From the NCBI GenBank assembly GCA_963835515.1, contig CAWIFX010000005.1:5321-69320 (forward strand): DNA of 64,000 nt, written 5' to 3'. Made by a program: the position numbers and the translations under genes. Shown here one piece after another: positions 1 through 11,034 of this stretch (within the stretch, counting starts at the first letter, position 1; every line of letters begins with the position of its first letter). Under the pieces are notes generated by a model. The model was not told the origin of the DNA. It searched no databases and saw only the letters and a list, made by a program, of their open reading frames with translations. This DNA is from an uncultured Acidimicrobiia bacterium (GTDB lineage Bacteria; Actinomycetota; Acidimicrobiia; Spongiisociales; JAENVV01).

Positions 1-526
1 CCGGGACATTCACGAGAAAGATCCAATGCCAGCTGGCAGCCGACAAGATCAAACCGCCCATGGTTGGTCCGATGACGATCCCGACGGATACCGTCGTTCC
101 GATGAGGCCGAGCGCCTTGCCCCGTTCCGTTGCCGGAAACGCGGCAGTGAGAATGGCCAGGCCGAGCGACAGGATCATGGCCGCCCCGACCGCCTGGACG
201 ATCCGCCAGCCGATCAGCATGCCAACGGATTGGGCACTCGCCGCAGCCGCCGAGGCGGCTGTGAACGCCACAAACCCGGTGGTGTAGATACGTTTCTTGC
301 CGATCATGTCGCCGAGTCGGCCGAAGAGGAGCGACAACGTTCCGAGCACGAGGAGGTACGCGAGCACCACCCATTGCACCGACGAGAACGGTGCCCCGAA
401 CTCCTCCTGCAAGGTCGGGAGGGCAATGTTGACGATCGACCCGTCGATGGTGGCCAAGAAGACGCCCATCGACACGGCCCACATTACGAACCATTTTCGC
501 GAGAAGTCCACGTCGGTATCGGTCAT
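1..526 (-). CDS. MFS drug:H+ antiporter (DHA2/EmrB-QacA-like), N-terminal part, runs off window edge
   Basis: Not in the ORF track. Manual reverse translation from ATG at 526: MTDTDVDFSRKWFVMWAVSMGVFLATIDGSIVNIALP...GRLGDMIGKKR (MFS motif A)...WHWIFLVNVP. Confidence 0.9.
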   Translation of the reverse strand, partial: MTDTDVDFSRKWFVMWAVSMGVFLATIDGSIVNIALPTLQEEFGAPFSSVQWVVLAYLLVLGTLSLLFGRLGDMIGKKRIYTTGFVAFTAASAAAASAQSVGMLIGWRIVQAVGAAMILSLGLAILTAAFPATERGKALGLIGTTVSVGIVIGPTMGGLILSAASWHWIFLVNVP

Positions 527-720
527 GACAACCGCCTCACACTACCGGTTGGGGTGCGTGGAGACGTTGCCGGGCGATCGCGGCAATTACTGGGACAGGT
601 GCCGCGAACCGGAGTAGGTTTAGGCGCGTCGTCAAGATGCTTGGAAAGGGGCGGCCACCTTCGATGTCGTCGCCTTCGACGCAGCGCCCATCTCGACGCT
701 CCGATGCACCAGGAGTTGAT

Positions 721-3700
721 GTGGTCATTGACATAGAGCAAGAGACAACTGCTGACCCCTATCAGTCGTACTTGCCTCGCATCGTTTTGCATTGGGAGGC
801 GGATGCGCCTTCGAGCAACCATCAGCAGATTGACGGGACGATGGTCTTCGTCGACATTTCCGGGTTCACCGCGTTGTCCGAGCGGTTGGCGATGCTCGGC
901 AAGGTGGGTGCGGAAGAAGTCACCGAGGTCCTCGGTGGGTGCTTCAAGGGCTTGCTTGCCGTGGCCTATCCGCTTGGTGGCCGGCTGATCAAGTTCGGAG
1001 GCGATGCACTTCTGCTCCTCTTCGATGGGGACGGTCACGAGCATCGGGCCGTCAACGCCGCGGTCGGCATGCAATCCGCCATGAAGCGGCTTGGCAAGGT
1101 CAAGACCCCGGTCGGGAACATGACGCTCAAGATGTCGATCGGCGTCAACTCCGGCGAGTTCCACTTCTTTCTGGTTGGTGAGTCGCATCGCGAATTGATC
1201 CTGACCGGTTCCGCCGCCACGGCCACCGTGGAGATGGAAGGCTTCGCTGACGCGACGGAGATCGTTGTTTCGCGAACCACTGCAGCGGCCCTTCCCGAGG
1301 CGTCGGTGGGTGATCCCAAAGGAGCCGGGTTCCTCGTACGCGGACCCGTACCCCAGATAGAGGGAGGGTCGGTTGACATACGCCCGGCGCATGGAGACCT
1401 CGAGCAGTTCATACCTGTGGCAGTTCGTCAGGCAGTCGTGGCGGGCGCCAACGAACCCGAACACCGTCAGGTCACCGTGGCTTTCATTCAGTTCATGGGC
1501 GTTGACTCCCTTCTCTATGAACGCGGCCCCGAAGCGGTTGCTCATGCATTGTCGGATCTGGTTGGGCGGGTTCAGACCGCGATCGATCCGCGCCAGGTGG
1601 CGTTCCTGGCAACCGACATCTACGACGATGGCGGCAAGATCATCCTCGCCGCCGGTGCTCCAACGGCTACCGGGAATGACTCCGAGCGGATGCTGCACGC
1701 GCTGCGCGAGATCGCTAGCCACACCTATGAGCTGCCCATCAAAGTCGGGGTCAATCGCGGCCATGTGTTCGCTGGTGATGTCGGCCCCTCGTACCGGCGC
1801 ACCTATACGATCATGGGTGACGACGTCAATCTGGCTGCCCGGCTGATGTCAGCCGCCACTCCGGGGACGATCTATCGCGACTCCGGTGGTCCTCGAAAAC
1901 TCGCGAACTTTGTTTGCGACGACCGCCCTGCACTCCGTTCGCGGTCAAGGGTAAAGCCGAACCGGTACAAGCCTTCGAAGTAGGGGAGGAAACCGGCACC
2001 CGCTCGTCGCGGGCCCGGGACGAGCTTCCGTTTACCGGTCGGGTGGAGGAGTTGGCGCAGCTCTCGGATGCGCTCGAGCGAGCCTGCAACGGTGAGGGGT
2101 CGGTGGTGGCGATCGTTGGTGAACGGGGTATTGGCAAGACCCGTCTTGTGCAAGAAGCGATCGATCTGCAACCGGACCTCCCCGCTGCCACCGTCCGAGC
2201 CGAGCCGTATGGCACGGCTACCCCGTATCGACCGTTCCGGGATCCCGCCCGAACGATTCTGGGCGTAGAGCGCGCCGATCATGAATCCATGGCGCGCCAG
2301 ATGGCACAAGCTGTCAAAAAGCTAGATCCTGAGCTGCTTCCGTTCCTACCGCTATTGGGAGACGTTGCACATGTCGAGGTCCCCTCCACACCTGAGGTCG
2401 AAGCCATCGACCCGAGGTTCCGGAGCGAGCGGGTTGCTGACACGGTCATTCGCGTCCTTGAGCTGGCTTCGCCGGGGCCGTTGGTCATCGTCCTCGAGGA
2501 GGGACAGTGGATGGATGCCGCTTCGACCGAACTTGCCGAGCGTTTGTGCCGGGCGACCAACGATCGTCCGTGGGCGGTCCTCACCACGAGAGTTACCGGT
2601 GAGGGTCGATTCGAGCCCGACGATGCTTCTACGATCGAACTTGGGCCGTTGAGTAACGATGAAGCGACGTCGATTGTGCTGAGGGTCACCGACGAAAAAC
2701 CCCTGCTGCCACACGACGTCGATACGATCGTGCAGCGAGCGGGCGGCAACGCCTTGTTCCTAGAAGAGATCCTGGCGGTGGTGAAGGAGTCGGGTTCGCT
2801 CCGAGACCTACCCGACTCGCTCGACGCGCTCGTGAGCTCCCAGATCGACGCTTTACCGTCCCGGCCCAAACGTCTCCTACGGTACGCCAGCGTCCTGGGC
2901 CGCAGCTTCCGGCCGACGGTGCTTGCTGAGGTTCTCGGCGATGACGAACTCAGCATGGATGACGAAGCCCGTGATGCACTGCTCGGTTTCCTGGTAGACA
3001 ACGGTCCTGACCGGCTGCGTTTTCGGCACGGTCTGCTCCGTGACGTGGCCTACGAAGGTTTGCCTTATCGTCGCCGCCGGGAACTACATCGCCGAGCCGC
3101 GTACGCAACTGAGCGGCTGGCTGGTGACGATACGGATGCCGTAGCCGACCTCCTTTCGCTGCACTTCTCGCTTGCGCAGGAGTATGAGCCGACGTTGCGG
3201 TACGCTCGAATCGCTGCTGATGATGCGCGCGACGCGTATTCCAACGTAGATGCGGCAGTTCAGTACGCCCGGGCGATCGACGCAGCCAGGCGGTTGCCGG
3301 ACGTTACTGAGGATGAACGGGTCGAACTCCTCGCCGAACTCGGGGACGCCGAGTTGAAAGCCGGTCGGTTCAAGGAAGCGCTTGCTGCCTACCGAAGTGC
3401 CCTCCGGTTCGCTGCCCGGGACCCGATCGAGAGGGCGGAGCTGTTGCTGAGGCGAGCGAGGGCGCGCGAGCGTGCAGGCTCATTCTCAGTTGCTCTGCGT
3501 GACATCACGATCGCCTTGAAGTTGATCGCAGTAGACGACACGGCCAAGGCACTTGCGATCAGAGCACGATTAACTGCTCTCCGTGCCACGGTAAGGCAGG
3601 CCCAAGACCAGCCCCGGGCCGCACTCAAGCTGGCCGAACGGGCAGTTGAACAAGCCAAAGCAGCCAGGGAGGACGAGGCCCTCGCCAAGGCGTACAACAT

Positions 3701-4565
3701 CATGAACACGGCTTATCACATGCTTGGTCGATCCGGTGAGGCGGTTTATGCGGAGAAGTCCCTACGGCTGTATGAGAAGTTGGGGATGCTCGACGCGCAG
3801 GCGGAGATCACCGGGAACCTAGGGGCTGGCGCTTACTTTGCCGGGGACTGGGACGAGGCCCTCGCATATTACGCCAAAGCCAAGGATATGGCGGCACGCG
3901 CCGGCAACATGCTGCAGGCCGCGATAACCGGGTCGAATATGGGTGAAGTCTTTGTTAACCAGGGAAGGATGAAAGAAGCCCAGCCGCTGCTGCGTGAGGC
4001 GTCGCGGGTCATGCGAGCGGCCGGATTCGTCGACGGCGCAGTGTTTGCGGAGATTCATCTTGCCCGGGTGCTGGCTGATCGAGGCGAGGTCGACGAGGCG
4101 GAGGACCTACTAAGAGCTGCGATTGGCGAGCTCAATCAACTCGGTCGATCTGGCAGCGCATTGGAGGCAGCGATCTACCTGGCGGAGTGCCGGTTGGAAC
4201 GTGGCGACCCGGAGCAAGCGTTGGGCATACTTGATCGGGCTGAGAAGGCGGCCGGGCGCGATCGGCTTTGGTACACGGCCGCGTTGGCGCGGGTCCGCGG
4301 CCAGGCTTTGAACGACGTCGGGAGTCATCAGGAGTCTTTGCGGGCTATCGACATTGGTTTGGCGGCTGCCTCGGACCAGGGCCTCGGCTACGAGGAAGCG
4401 CTCCTCGTTCTGACCCGTGAAACCGTCGGAGGAGGAGCCGACCGGGTCGACTCCTCCTCCGTGCTTCGTGCTACTCAGCTCCTACATGACCTGGATGTTC
4501 GACGTTTGCCGTGCACCCTGGCCTTTCTTGACTACCGAGCGAAGAATGGATCTCCGTTGCCGTAG
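721..4565 (+). CDS. Class III adenylate/guanylate cyclase (two catalytic domains) + STAND/AAA ATPase + TPR repeats; two apparent +1 frameshifts near 1876 and 1931
   Basis: FVDISGFT...KFGGDA (C1); RRTYTIMGDDVNLAARLM (C2); Walker A GERGIGKT; Walker B VIVLEE; GGNALFLEE; FRHGLLRDVAY; Ala-rich TPR helices. Removing two extra C's joins the ORFs as PGTIYATPVVLENSRTLFATTALTPFAVKGKAEP. AGGAG precedes GTG at 721. Confidence 0.85.
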
Positions 4566-5710
4566 TAATACTCGGTGACCTGCATCTCACCGTCACCGGT
4601 GTAGCTCACGTCCTGGTCAAGCAGGCACCAGCTCGCCCCGGAGGGAAGTGTCGGCGGACCCGAGAACGCATAGGGGGGCGCTTCGTCGACAGTCAGCGTG
4701 CCAACCGGGTCCCGCTCGGGCGTTCCTTCGCACCACTGGACGTCTTCGGCGCCGCTGCCAAAGTTAATCGACGTCACCGGGACGGGTAGAACTGCGCTCT
4801 CGGCCGGCCAAACGATCGTGGCGGTGAACTCGGCGTCGGCCTGACCGGTCGGCTCAAATGATGCAGTGGAGCCGAGAGCGTCGTCGTTGTAGGGCTTGAG
4901 TTCACAGCCTTCCTGGCCACCGCGGAAGACGGTTATTGATGCGTCGTCTCCGCCACCTTCGGTCGGTGTCGAATCACCACAGTCGAGTTCCCCGTCAAAC
5001 TCTTCGACGAGCTTGAAGGCGGAGGCGTTCGTGCCGAAGCTGTTGATGAGTAAGGGACCGTCTCCGCCACCTTCCACCGAGATGGCGGGACTGTTCGTGC
5101 CTGCCATGACGGGTGCGAACTTAAGCGACGTTGTGTACTTTTCGCCAGTGGCCGGCAGTCTCACGATGTTGTTGTCATTCGGACCCGAGTCAGGGCCGTT
5201 GTCGGAGGTATTCGAAAGGGTTCGAACTACCGTCTCGTTGTCGGAATAGGTCACGCTGAGTTGGGCGTTACGCTTTCCTTCGATGTCGACTTCGGCGAAC
5301 TCGATCCTCACATCGGAGCTGAAGAACGACCCCAGGGAGATCGTGAGAGTTTGACCGTCGGCGACCTGGCCTTGGTCCGTCGAGCAATTGTTCTTTGTCT
5401 TGACACCGAGGCCATGTGAGACGGCTCCCACCTTCCCGTTGCCTCCTGTAGTCGAGAGCGCGATCAAATTGGTTCCGGTAGGCGTGACGTCGCATTTGGC
5501 GTTGATGCTGAGATTCTGTGTGTGCGTCGGAGTGGTTGACCCCGCTGGATACCATTTCACGGTGAACCCAGAATCGCCGGTGTGGAGGTCGAGGCGACCC
5601 CGGTCTACGTACACGGGTGTTTCGCCAGCGGCGATCGCGGCGGTAGCAAAGATAGCGCCCAGCATGGCGAGAACCACAATGACTATCGAGAGTTTGTTAC
5701 GGCGTTCCAT
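4532..5710 (-). CDS. Secreted beta-rich hypothetical protein
   Basis: AAGGAGGT Shine-Dalgarno before ATG at 5710; signal peptide MERRNKLSIVIVVLAMLGAIFATAAIAA; Gly/Thr/Asp-rich with six Cys. Confidence 0.75.
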   Translation of the reverse strand: MERRNKLSIVIVVLAMLGAIFATAAIAAGETPVYVDRGRLDLHTGDSGFTVKWYPAGSTTPTHTQNLSINAKCDVTPTGTNLIALSTTGGNGKVGAVSHGLGVKTKNNCSTDQGQVADGQTLTISLGSFFSSDVRIEFAEVDIEGKRNAQLSVTYSDNETVVRTLSNTSDNGPDSGPNDNNIVRLPATGEKYTTSLKFAPVMAGTNSPAISVEGGGDGPLLINSFGTNASAFKLVEEFDGELDCGDSTPTEGGGDDASITVFRGGQEGCELKPYNDDALGSTASFEPTGQADAEFTATIVWPAESAVLPVPVTSINFGSGAEDVQWCEGTPERDPVGTLTVDEAPPYAFSGPPTLPSGASWCLLDQDVSYTGDGEMQVTEYYYGNGDPFFAR

Positions 5711-5784
5711 GAGTAGTGACCTCCTTGCCAAACGGATGCACCGGATGGCTCATTGGGGTGGTGGTTAAGCAACGTCGAGCGGGC

Positions 5785-5948
5785 TCGGACATATATGTCC
5801 GAACCGAGGCGGTAGATGGAGGCCTCCCGTCGCGCTGAACTCAATCCCCTTCTTGACTTAAGTCCCACCGACAATGTCACACAAAAATTGCCAGTCGTAA
5901 AGTGCCATTTTCGGGCCCCGCGTTCGGGTGACTTAAGGACTAGTCCTT
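5785..5948. promoter_or_regulatory. Cluster of GAC-Nx-GTC palindromes upstream of the secreted protein gene
   Basis: TCGGACATATATGTCCGA (5785-5802), GACTTAAGTC (5855-5864), AAGGACTAGTCCTT (5935-5948); TGACTTAAG occurs twice. Confidence 0.45.
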
Positions 5949-6020
5949 TTGGGTGTTCGGGCACCGAGCGAGCTATGCCGGCAAGTAGCGGCAAAAACGG
6001 TAACGACAAACGGTCCCGAG

Positions 6021-8122
6021 CTAATCGCCAGAGCGGCCGACAATCGCTGCCAACAGGCGTTCGGCGTCGGCTTGTTGGTCGGGGTGGCGATCGGCTCCGA
6101 AGGCCTCGGCGGTGACTACCTCGCCGACCTCACGGAGGCGTGGGTCGGGGAGTGGTCCGGCCATGAGCGCCTCGACGTACTCCCGGATCGTTTCGTGCGG
6201 TTGGCGGGGACGATCGTGTCGTGCCCCTGAGTGCTCCAACTCCTCCGTGACCTTCTCCACCCAGGTTCGACGGGCTTTTCGTCGCCTCTCGCTGACGATT
6301 CGGCCAGTGACCGATACCAGCATCCCACCGAAGCCTCCGACGAGGACGACGGCCAGCGTGATGCCGAGCCCGCGACCAACCAGGCCGGCGTTCTCACGAG
6401 CCCAGGCGGCCACCACGGCTCCGGCGTTGGCTGGCGGATCAAACTCCCCGGCCAGCGGAACCTGAGCAGTTGGGTCGAAGCCCTGCCATCCAATCCCGGG
6501 GAAGTAGACCTCCGCCCAGGAGTGGGCGTCCGAGGCGCGGACTTCGTACAGGCCGGTTAATGAGTTGCGTTCACCGGGAATGAACCCGACCGCCAGGCGA
6601 CTCGGGACGCCAAGCGACCGGAGCATGACGACCAGGCTCGTGCCGATCTGCTCGCAGAAACCCTGACGGGTCTCAAACAGGTACTCGTCGACCGAATCCG
6701 CTCCCTCGGGTAGCGGAGGGATGTCCAAGCTGTAGGTGGTGTTCTCGGCCATCCAAGCTTCAAGCGCCTTGATCTTGTCATAAGTGGTCGGGGCGTCGGC
6801 GGTGACCTCTCGAGCCAGATCGAGAACTCGCTGGGGCACGTCGTCGGGTAGTCGGAGGAACGGGTCCAGGGAGACGGGGAGATCGCTCCGCAGAGGATCG
6901 CTGACTCGCAGGAGAGCTTCGGTCACGTGCGGTCGCTCGCTGATCACCGTATAGACCGCGCCTCTCCCGAGGTCCGAACCAGCCCGTAGTGCCCCGTCGG
7001 GTTGCTGGAACAGAAAGCGCGAGTCGAAGTAGACCTCGGAGATCCGGTAGGCGCCGAAAACAAGGTTTGGTCCCGGCTGTTCGATATAGAAGGTCTGGAT
7101 GAAGTCGTCAGCCTGCACCGGGGTATCCCCAACGGTGAGCGGAACCTGGATCGGAGCAGGGCCGCTGAGGGTTGCCGATGTGTCATCCGAGGCGGTCCAC
7201 GTGACTCCGTCCCACACATCGAACGTTTGGCCTCGCCAGAAGGCGGGCGCCGAAGCACGTACTCGCATGACCAGCGTCCCGTCTGGTCTTCCCCGGGCTG
7301 ACGTGTCGAGTTGCTCGGCAAAGCCGAAGTAGCCCGAACTGGCTCCGCCGCCGGATGAGTCCTGTTGATTCTGGCTGCCCCGGTTGCCAAGGGAAGGATT
7401 CGACAGCGAGCCGGGCGTCCCCAGAGCATTCGAGGATGGGAGGTTCGCCGGAAAGGTCAGGGCCCGTGACGCTCGCGCACTGGGTAGCGCCAGGAAGACG
7501 GCCACCGCGATGATGGTGAGAAGCCGACAGCTTTGGCGCCTGCTCTCGCCGCTCCGGCAGCAATCGAGGCACCAGGCTTTCCGAGGGTCGGCAAATCGGT
7601 GACCGAGCTGCGATACGCGAGCAGCAAGGAGATCATCAGTCCGCTCGCCCACAACAGGATGAACGCCCCCAACGTCGACGAGATCGATAGAGCGGCGGTA
7701 ATGGCCATCATGGCGGCCGATGACGCCAGAGAAAACATGAGGTCGCGACGGGCCGGGACGTGGAGAGAATGGATTACCTGCACCCAGAGGAAGAGCTCGG
7801 CGAGGGGAACTTGAATATCAACTAGTCCTTCTTGGAATGACGAAACCAGCTCACCGAAGAAGCCGATTACAGACACGACAAGGGCAACGGCCAGGACTGC
7901 TTTCAGCTTGAGAGCGTCCGAATGACGCATCCGATACGAGACCGCGAATCCGACCGGGATGCCGACCATCGCGACGAGAGCGGGAGCCGTTCGGACAAAC
8001 CCCTGGGCTATCAGAGCGATCACCGAAATCATCACGGTTGCTCCGACCGCGACCCTCACCGAGATGAAGGGTTCCGGGTCGGTGGCGAGGTTGGCCTCCC
8101 GAATGGTGTCAGCCAACTTCAT
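6021..8122 (-). CDS. Membrane transglutaminase-like protein (TgpA/DUF3488-type), apparent frameshift near 7525
   Basis: Multi-TM N-terminus from ATG at 8122 (MKLADTIREA...); FWRGQTFDVWDG; catalytic triad GFCEQ / AHSWAEV / FDPT. Confidence 0.85.
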
Positions 8123-9049
8123 GGCACGTGCACGACGGTTGCGGTATGGCCGTCGTCCGGTGGGTTGGCTGGGGTCGCCGCTCGTTGCGTAGGCGAGGCG
8201 CCGTCCGGCCTCCAGCATGGATCCAACCGAACCTGCATGTGGTCCGCTCTTCTCGGCCGTCAAGAGACGGACCGGGACGCCGGCGGTTAGTCCACGCTGC
8301 ACATGTCCGTACGCCAGACTTGCCCGATGGTCGGCTTCGTCCGGTGGGCAGTTGAGATCGAGGCGTATCACGAGGTGCGGAGCGTCGGGAGACTCCAGTT
8401 CCTTGACCACCGGATGGTTCAACCGGGCGGTGGCCGGCCAATGAATCATTCGAAGGGAGTCGCCCTGCTGGTAATCGCGTATTGATCGAACCGTCTCGCC
8501 GGCGCCGGTCCGCCTGCCGACCGCTTCTGAGCCGGTCGCCGGGCTTGAGGAAACGGTCGCAAAGGCCACCGACTCCACCCGGGGCGCTACCGCGATCGGC
8601 GGGTCGATGACCACGGTGACCTGTCGGGTTGCCCAGACCAGCCCGATTGGCGACGCGGTCGCTAGCTCGGCGACCACCTGAGTGATGACTCCTCGTTTCG
8701 GGGCAACGGCTCGCACGGTTCCCGCGGTTGGGATCGTCGCACCCACCCACTCGGATTCCGGCTTAAGCAGTCGCAGGCGTCCGGATTGGGGGCGACCGTC
8801 GACGCTCAGATGTATATCGAACGGACGCCCGGCAACCGCATCGTCCGGCGCGTCCATGGTGACAACCACGCGGCGGATGGCGAACCATGGCCCGATGAGG
8901 CCCATAAGGAGGAGGCTGAGAGCGATGGCAAGCAGCACTGTCAGCCATCCTGCTCCAGTCGTGCGGGAGGCGATCAGGAACGCCAGAGACAAGGCTCCGA
9001 TCGTATAGACACCGCGGGTGGGCCGAATCCGAACCCGCGTGTTAGCCAC
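8119..9049 (-). CDS. DUF58 protein, apparent +1 frameshift near 8172
   Basis: SIRDYQQGDSLRMIHWPATAR motif; GTG start overlaps the MoxR stop; removing one C gives ...GDPANPPDDGHTATVVHVP* with an ATGA overlap to the next gene. Confidence 0.8.
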
Positions 9050-10016
9050 GCGGTACTGGGACCGAACGCAACAAGTCGTCCATGATGGCCCTGGCAGCCG
9101 TGACGTTGGTTCCGCCCGACAGGATGATCCGATGGGACAACACGGCGCTCGCCACCGCTTTGACGTCGTCGGGTGTGACAAATCGCTGGCCCACTGTCGT
9201 CGCATGGCCCCGGGCGACTGCCAACATGCCAAGGCTGGCTCGAGGAGAAGCACCAAGTGAGATCTCCGGATGCTGCCGGGTCGCGGTCACGATGTCGAGG
9301 ATGTAGTTGGCGACCGACTCGCTGCAGTGGAGGCTGCGGACTTCTTTGATAGCTTTGGCGAGCGTTTCGGCAGTGACTACTGCTTGGAGGTCCGCTAGCT
9401 GACCAGCACCGCCGTCACCCATGAGCAAGCCTCTCTCGGTTTGGCGGTCGGGAAGACCCATTTCGAAAATGGCGCTGAAACGATCCAGTTGGCCCTCGAC
9501 AAGCGGGAAGGTACCGGCATGTTCAAAGGGATTCTGGGTGGCGATGAGAAAGAATGGGTCGGGTAGGGCATGGGTTGTTCCATCAACCGATACCTGTCGC
9601 TCTTCCATGGCTTCGAGGAGAGCAGCCTGGGTCCGGGGAGTCGCCCGGTTGATTTCGTCGACAATCACTACGTTTGCGAATAGCGGCCCCGGTCGGAAGT
9701 GCCACGATTCGGTAGACCGACGGTAGATAGCGACGCCAGTGAGGTCGGCCGGCAGTAGGTCGGGAGTGCCCTGGACTCGACGAAACGTTCCGCCAATGGA
9801 AGCAGCCAGCGATTTGGCGAGGAGGGTTTTGCCAACGCCAGGAACGTCTTCGACCAGGATGTGGCCCCCTGACAGGAGCGTGGCGACGATGAGGCGCAGT
9901 TCGGCCGGTTTGCCACGGATGATTTTCGAGAGGTTACCGAACAGGCTTGAGGCGACTTGTGACCCCAATGGGGCCCCGGTCGGGGCCGAAGGGACGGCGG
10001 GCGGCGCAGTTTGCAT
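9042..10016 (-). CDS. moxR: MoxR family AAA+ ATPase
   Basis: EDVPGVGKT, TPDLLPADLTG, DEINRATPRTQAALLEAM, ATQNP, GASPRA. Confidence 0.95.
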   Translation of the reverse strand: MQTAPPAVPSAPTGAPLGSQVASSLFGNLSKIIRGKPAELRLIVATLLSGGHILVEDVPGVGKTLLAKSLAASIGGTFRRVQGTPDLLPADLTGVAIYRRSTESWHFRPGPLFANVVIVDEINRATPRTQAALLEAMEERQVSVDGTTHALPDPFFLIATQNPFEHAGTFPLVEGQLDRFSAIFEMGLPDRQTERGLLMGDGGAGQLADLQAVVTAETLAKAIKEVRSLHCSESVANYILDIVTATRQHPEISLGASPRASLGMLAVARGHATTVGQRFVTPDDVKAVASAVLSHRIILSGGTNVTAARAIMDDLLRSVPVPRG

Positions 10017-10074
10017 AATGGGTGTATCGGCACGGTTGGGGCGCCAATTTAGGATCGAATACGCGGAATTCGGT

Positions 10075-10953
10075 TCAGACAGCCGGGATCAAATCGGGGG
10101 TCTGGTCCGAAGCGTTGGTCTGGATGATCGAGATTGCCCCGAGAATCATGACCCCGCCCACGATCTGGCCCAGAGTGAGCTGCTGGGCCAGGTACATCCA
10201 GGCAAGAATCGTTGCGACCAACGGCTCCCACGTGGCCGTAAGCCCGATGAGCGGCGCCGGGGCCAAACCGAGTGCTTTGATTTCCAGAGCGAAGGGGACG
10301 ATGGTTCCGACCACTACCACCGCGGCGAGCTGCCACCAGCCGGTGCGGGAGATGTCGGTGGGGAACGTCCAAACCGGAACCGCCACCAGCCAGATCAATG
10401 CCGCTACGCCAAATCCGTAGGCCATGATGGCGTACGAGCTGAGGTCCTTGCTGAGTTTCTCAGCCAGAGCCAGGTAGAACGCGAACGAGATCGACGAAAC
10501 AACCCCGGCCGCCAAGCCAGGGAGGTTGAGTTCGGCGCCGCTCCATGCCTGGGCGACTAGCGAGACGCCGATGAGCGCAGCCGCGGACGCCACCCACGCG
10601 GCCGGCGCAACTCGCTCACCCCGGACCCACCGATTCCAGGCGAGAAGGTAGACGGGGGCGATGAACTGGATCGTGGCCCCCGGGCCTACGCCGATGAGGT
10701 CGATCGCAAGGTAGAACGAATACGTGACCGTTGCCAGCGAGACGCCGAATGCGACGACGATCGGCCAGGCTTTCCCGGGGAATTCTCGCTTCCAGAGCAC
10801 ATACGGCAGAAAGGCCACGGTGCCACCGAGTGCCCGCACCTGGGCGACCCGCACCACCGGTATTTCGGCGAACACGGCAGCCGCCAATGCTCCGGCGAGC
10901 CCCCACATGGTCGCGGCGATCAGCGCCAAAATGATGCCCGTACGAACTCGCAT
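10075..10953 (-). CDS. EamA/DMT family transporter
   Basis: About 10 TM helices in two repeats; ATIQFIAP; EPLVATILAW. Confidence 0.9.
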   Translation of the reverse strand: MRVRTGIILALIAATMWGLAGALAAAVFAEIPVVRVAQVRALGGTVAFLPYVLWKREFPGKAWPIVVAFGVSLATVTYSFYLAIDLIGVGPGATIQFIAPVYLLAWNRWVRGERVAPAAWVASAAALIGVSLVAQAWSGAELNLPGLAAGVVSSISFAFYLALAEKLSKDLSSYAIMAYGFGVAALIWLVAVPVWTFPTDISRTGWWQLAAVVVVGTIVPFALEIKALGLAPAPLIGLTATWEPLVATILAWMYLAQQLTLGQIVGGVMILGAISIIQTNASDQTPDLIPAV

Positions 10954-11034
10954 CGGTTACAGAGTAGGTGATCGCAAGGTGGGTAGATTTCGTTACCCGG
11001 CTCAACGGGTACGCTTGGATTGTTGAGGAGGTAA

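Noticed and set aside
721-4565. Anti-phage system (Pycsar/CBASS/Avs)
   Set aside because: No cyclic-nucleotide effector, nuclease or defence-island context nearby; the architecture fits general STAND cyclase signalling.
5866-5881. CRP/GlxR site near the cyclase gene
   Set aside because: Only the TCACA half-site is present; the other half does not match TGTGA.
7457-9256. 599-aa ORF appearing to fuse DUF58 with the transglutaminase membrane domain
   Set aside because: One extra C near 8172 explains it; correction restores a stop with an ATGA overlap.
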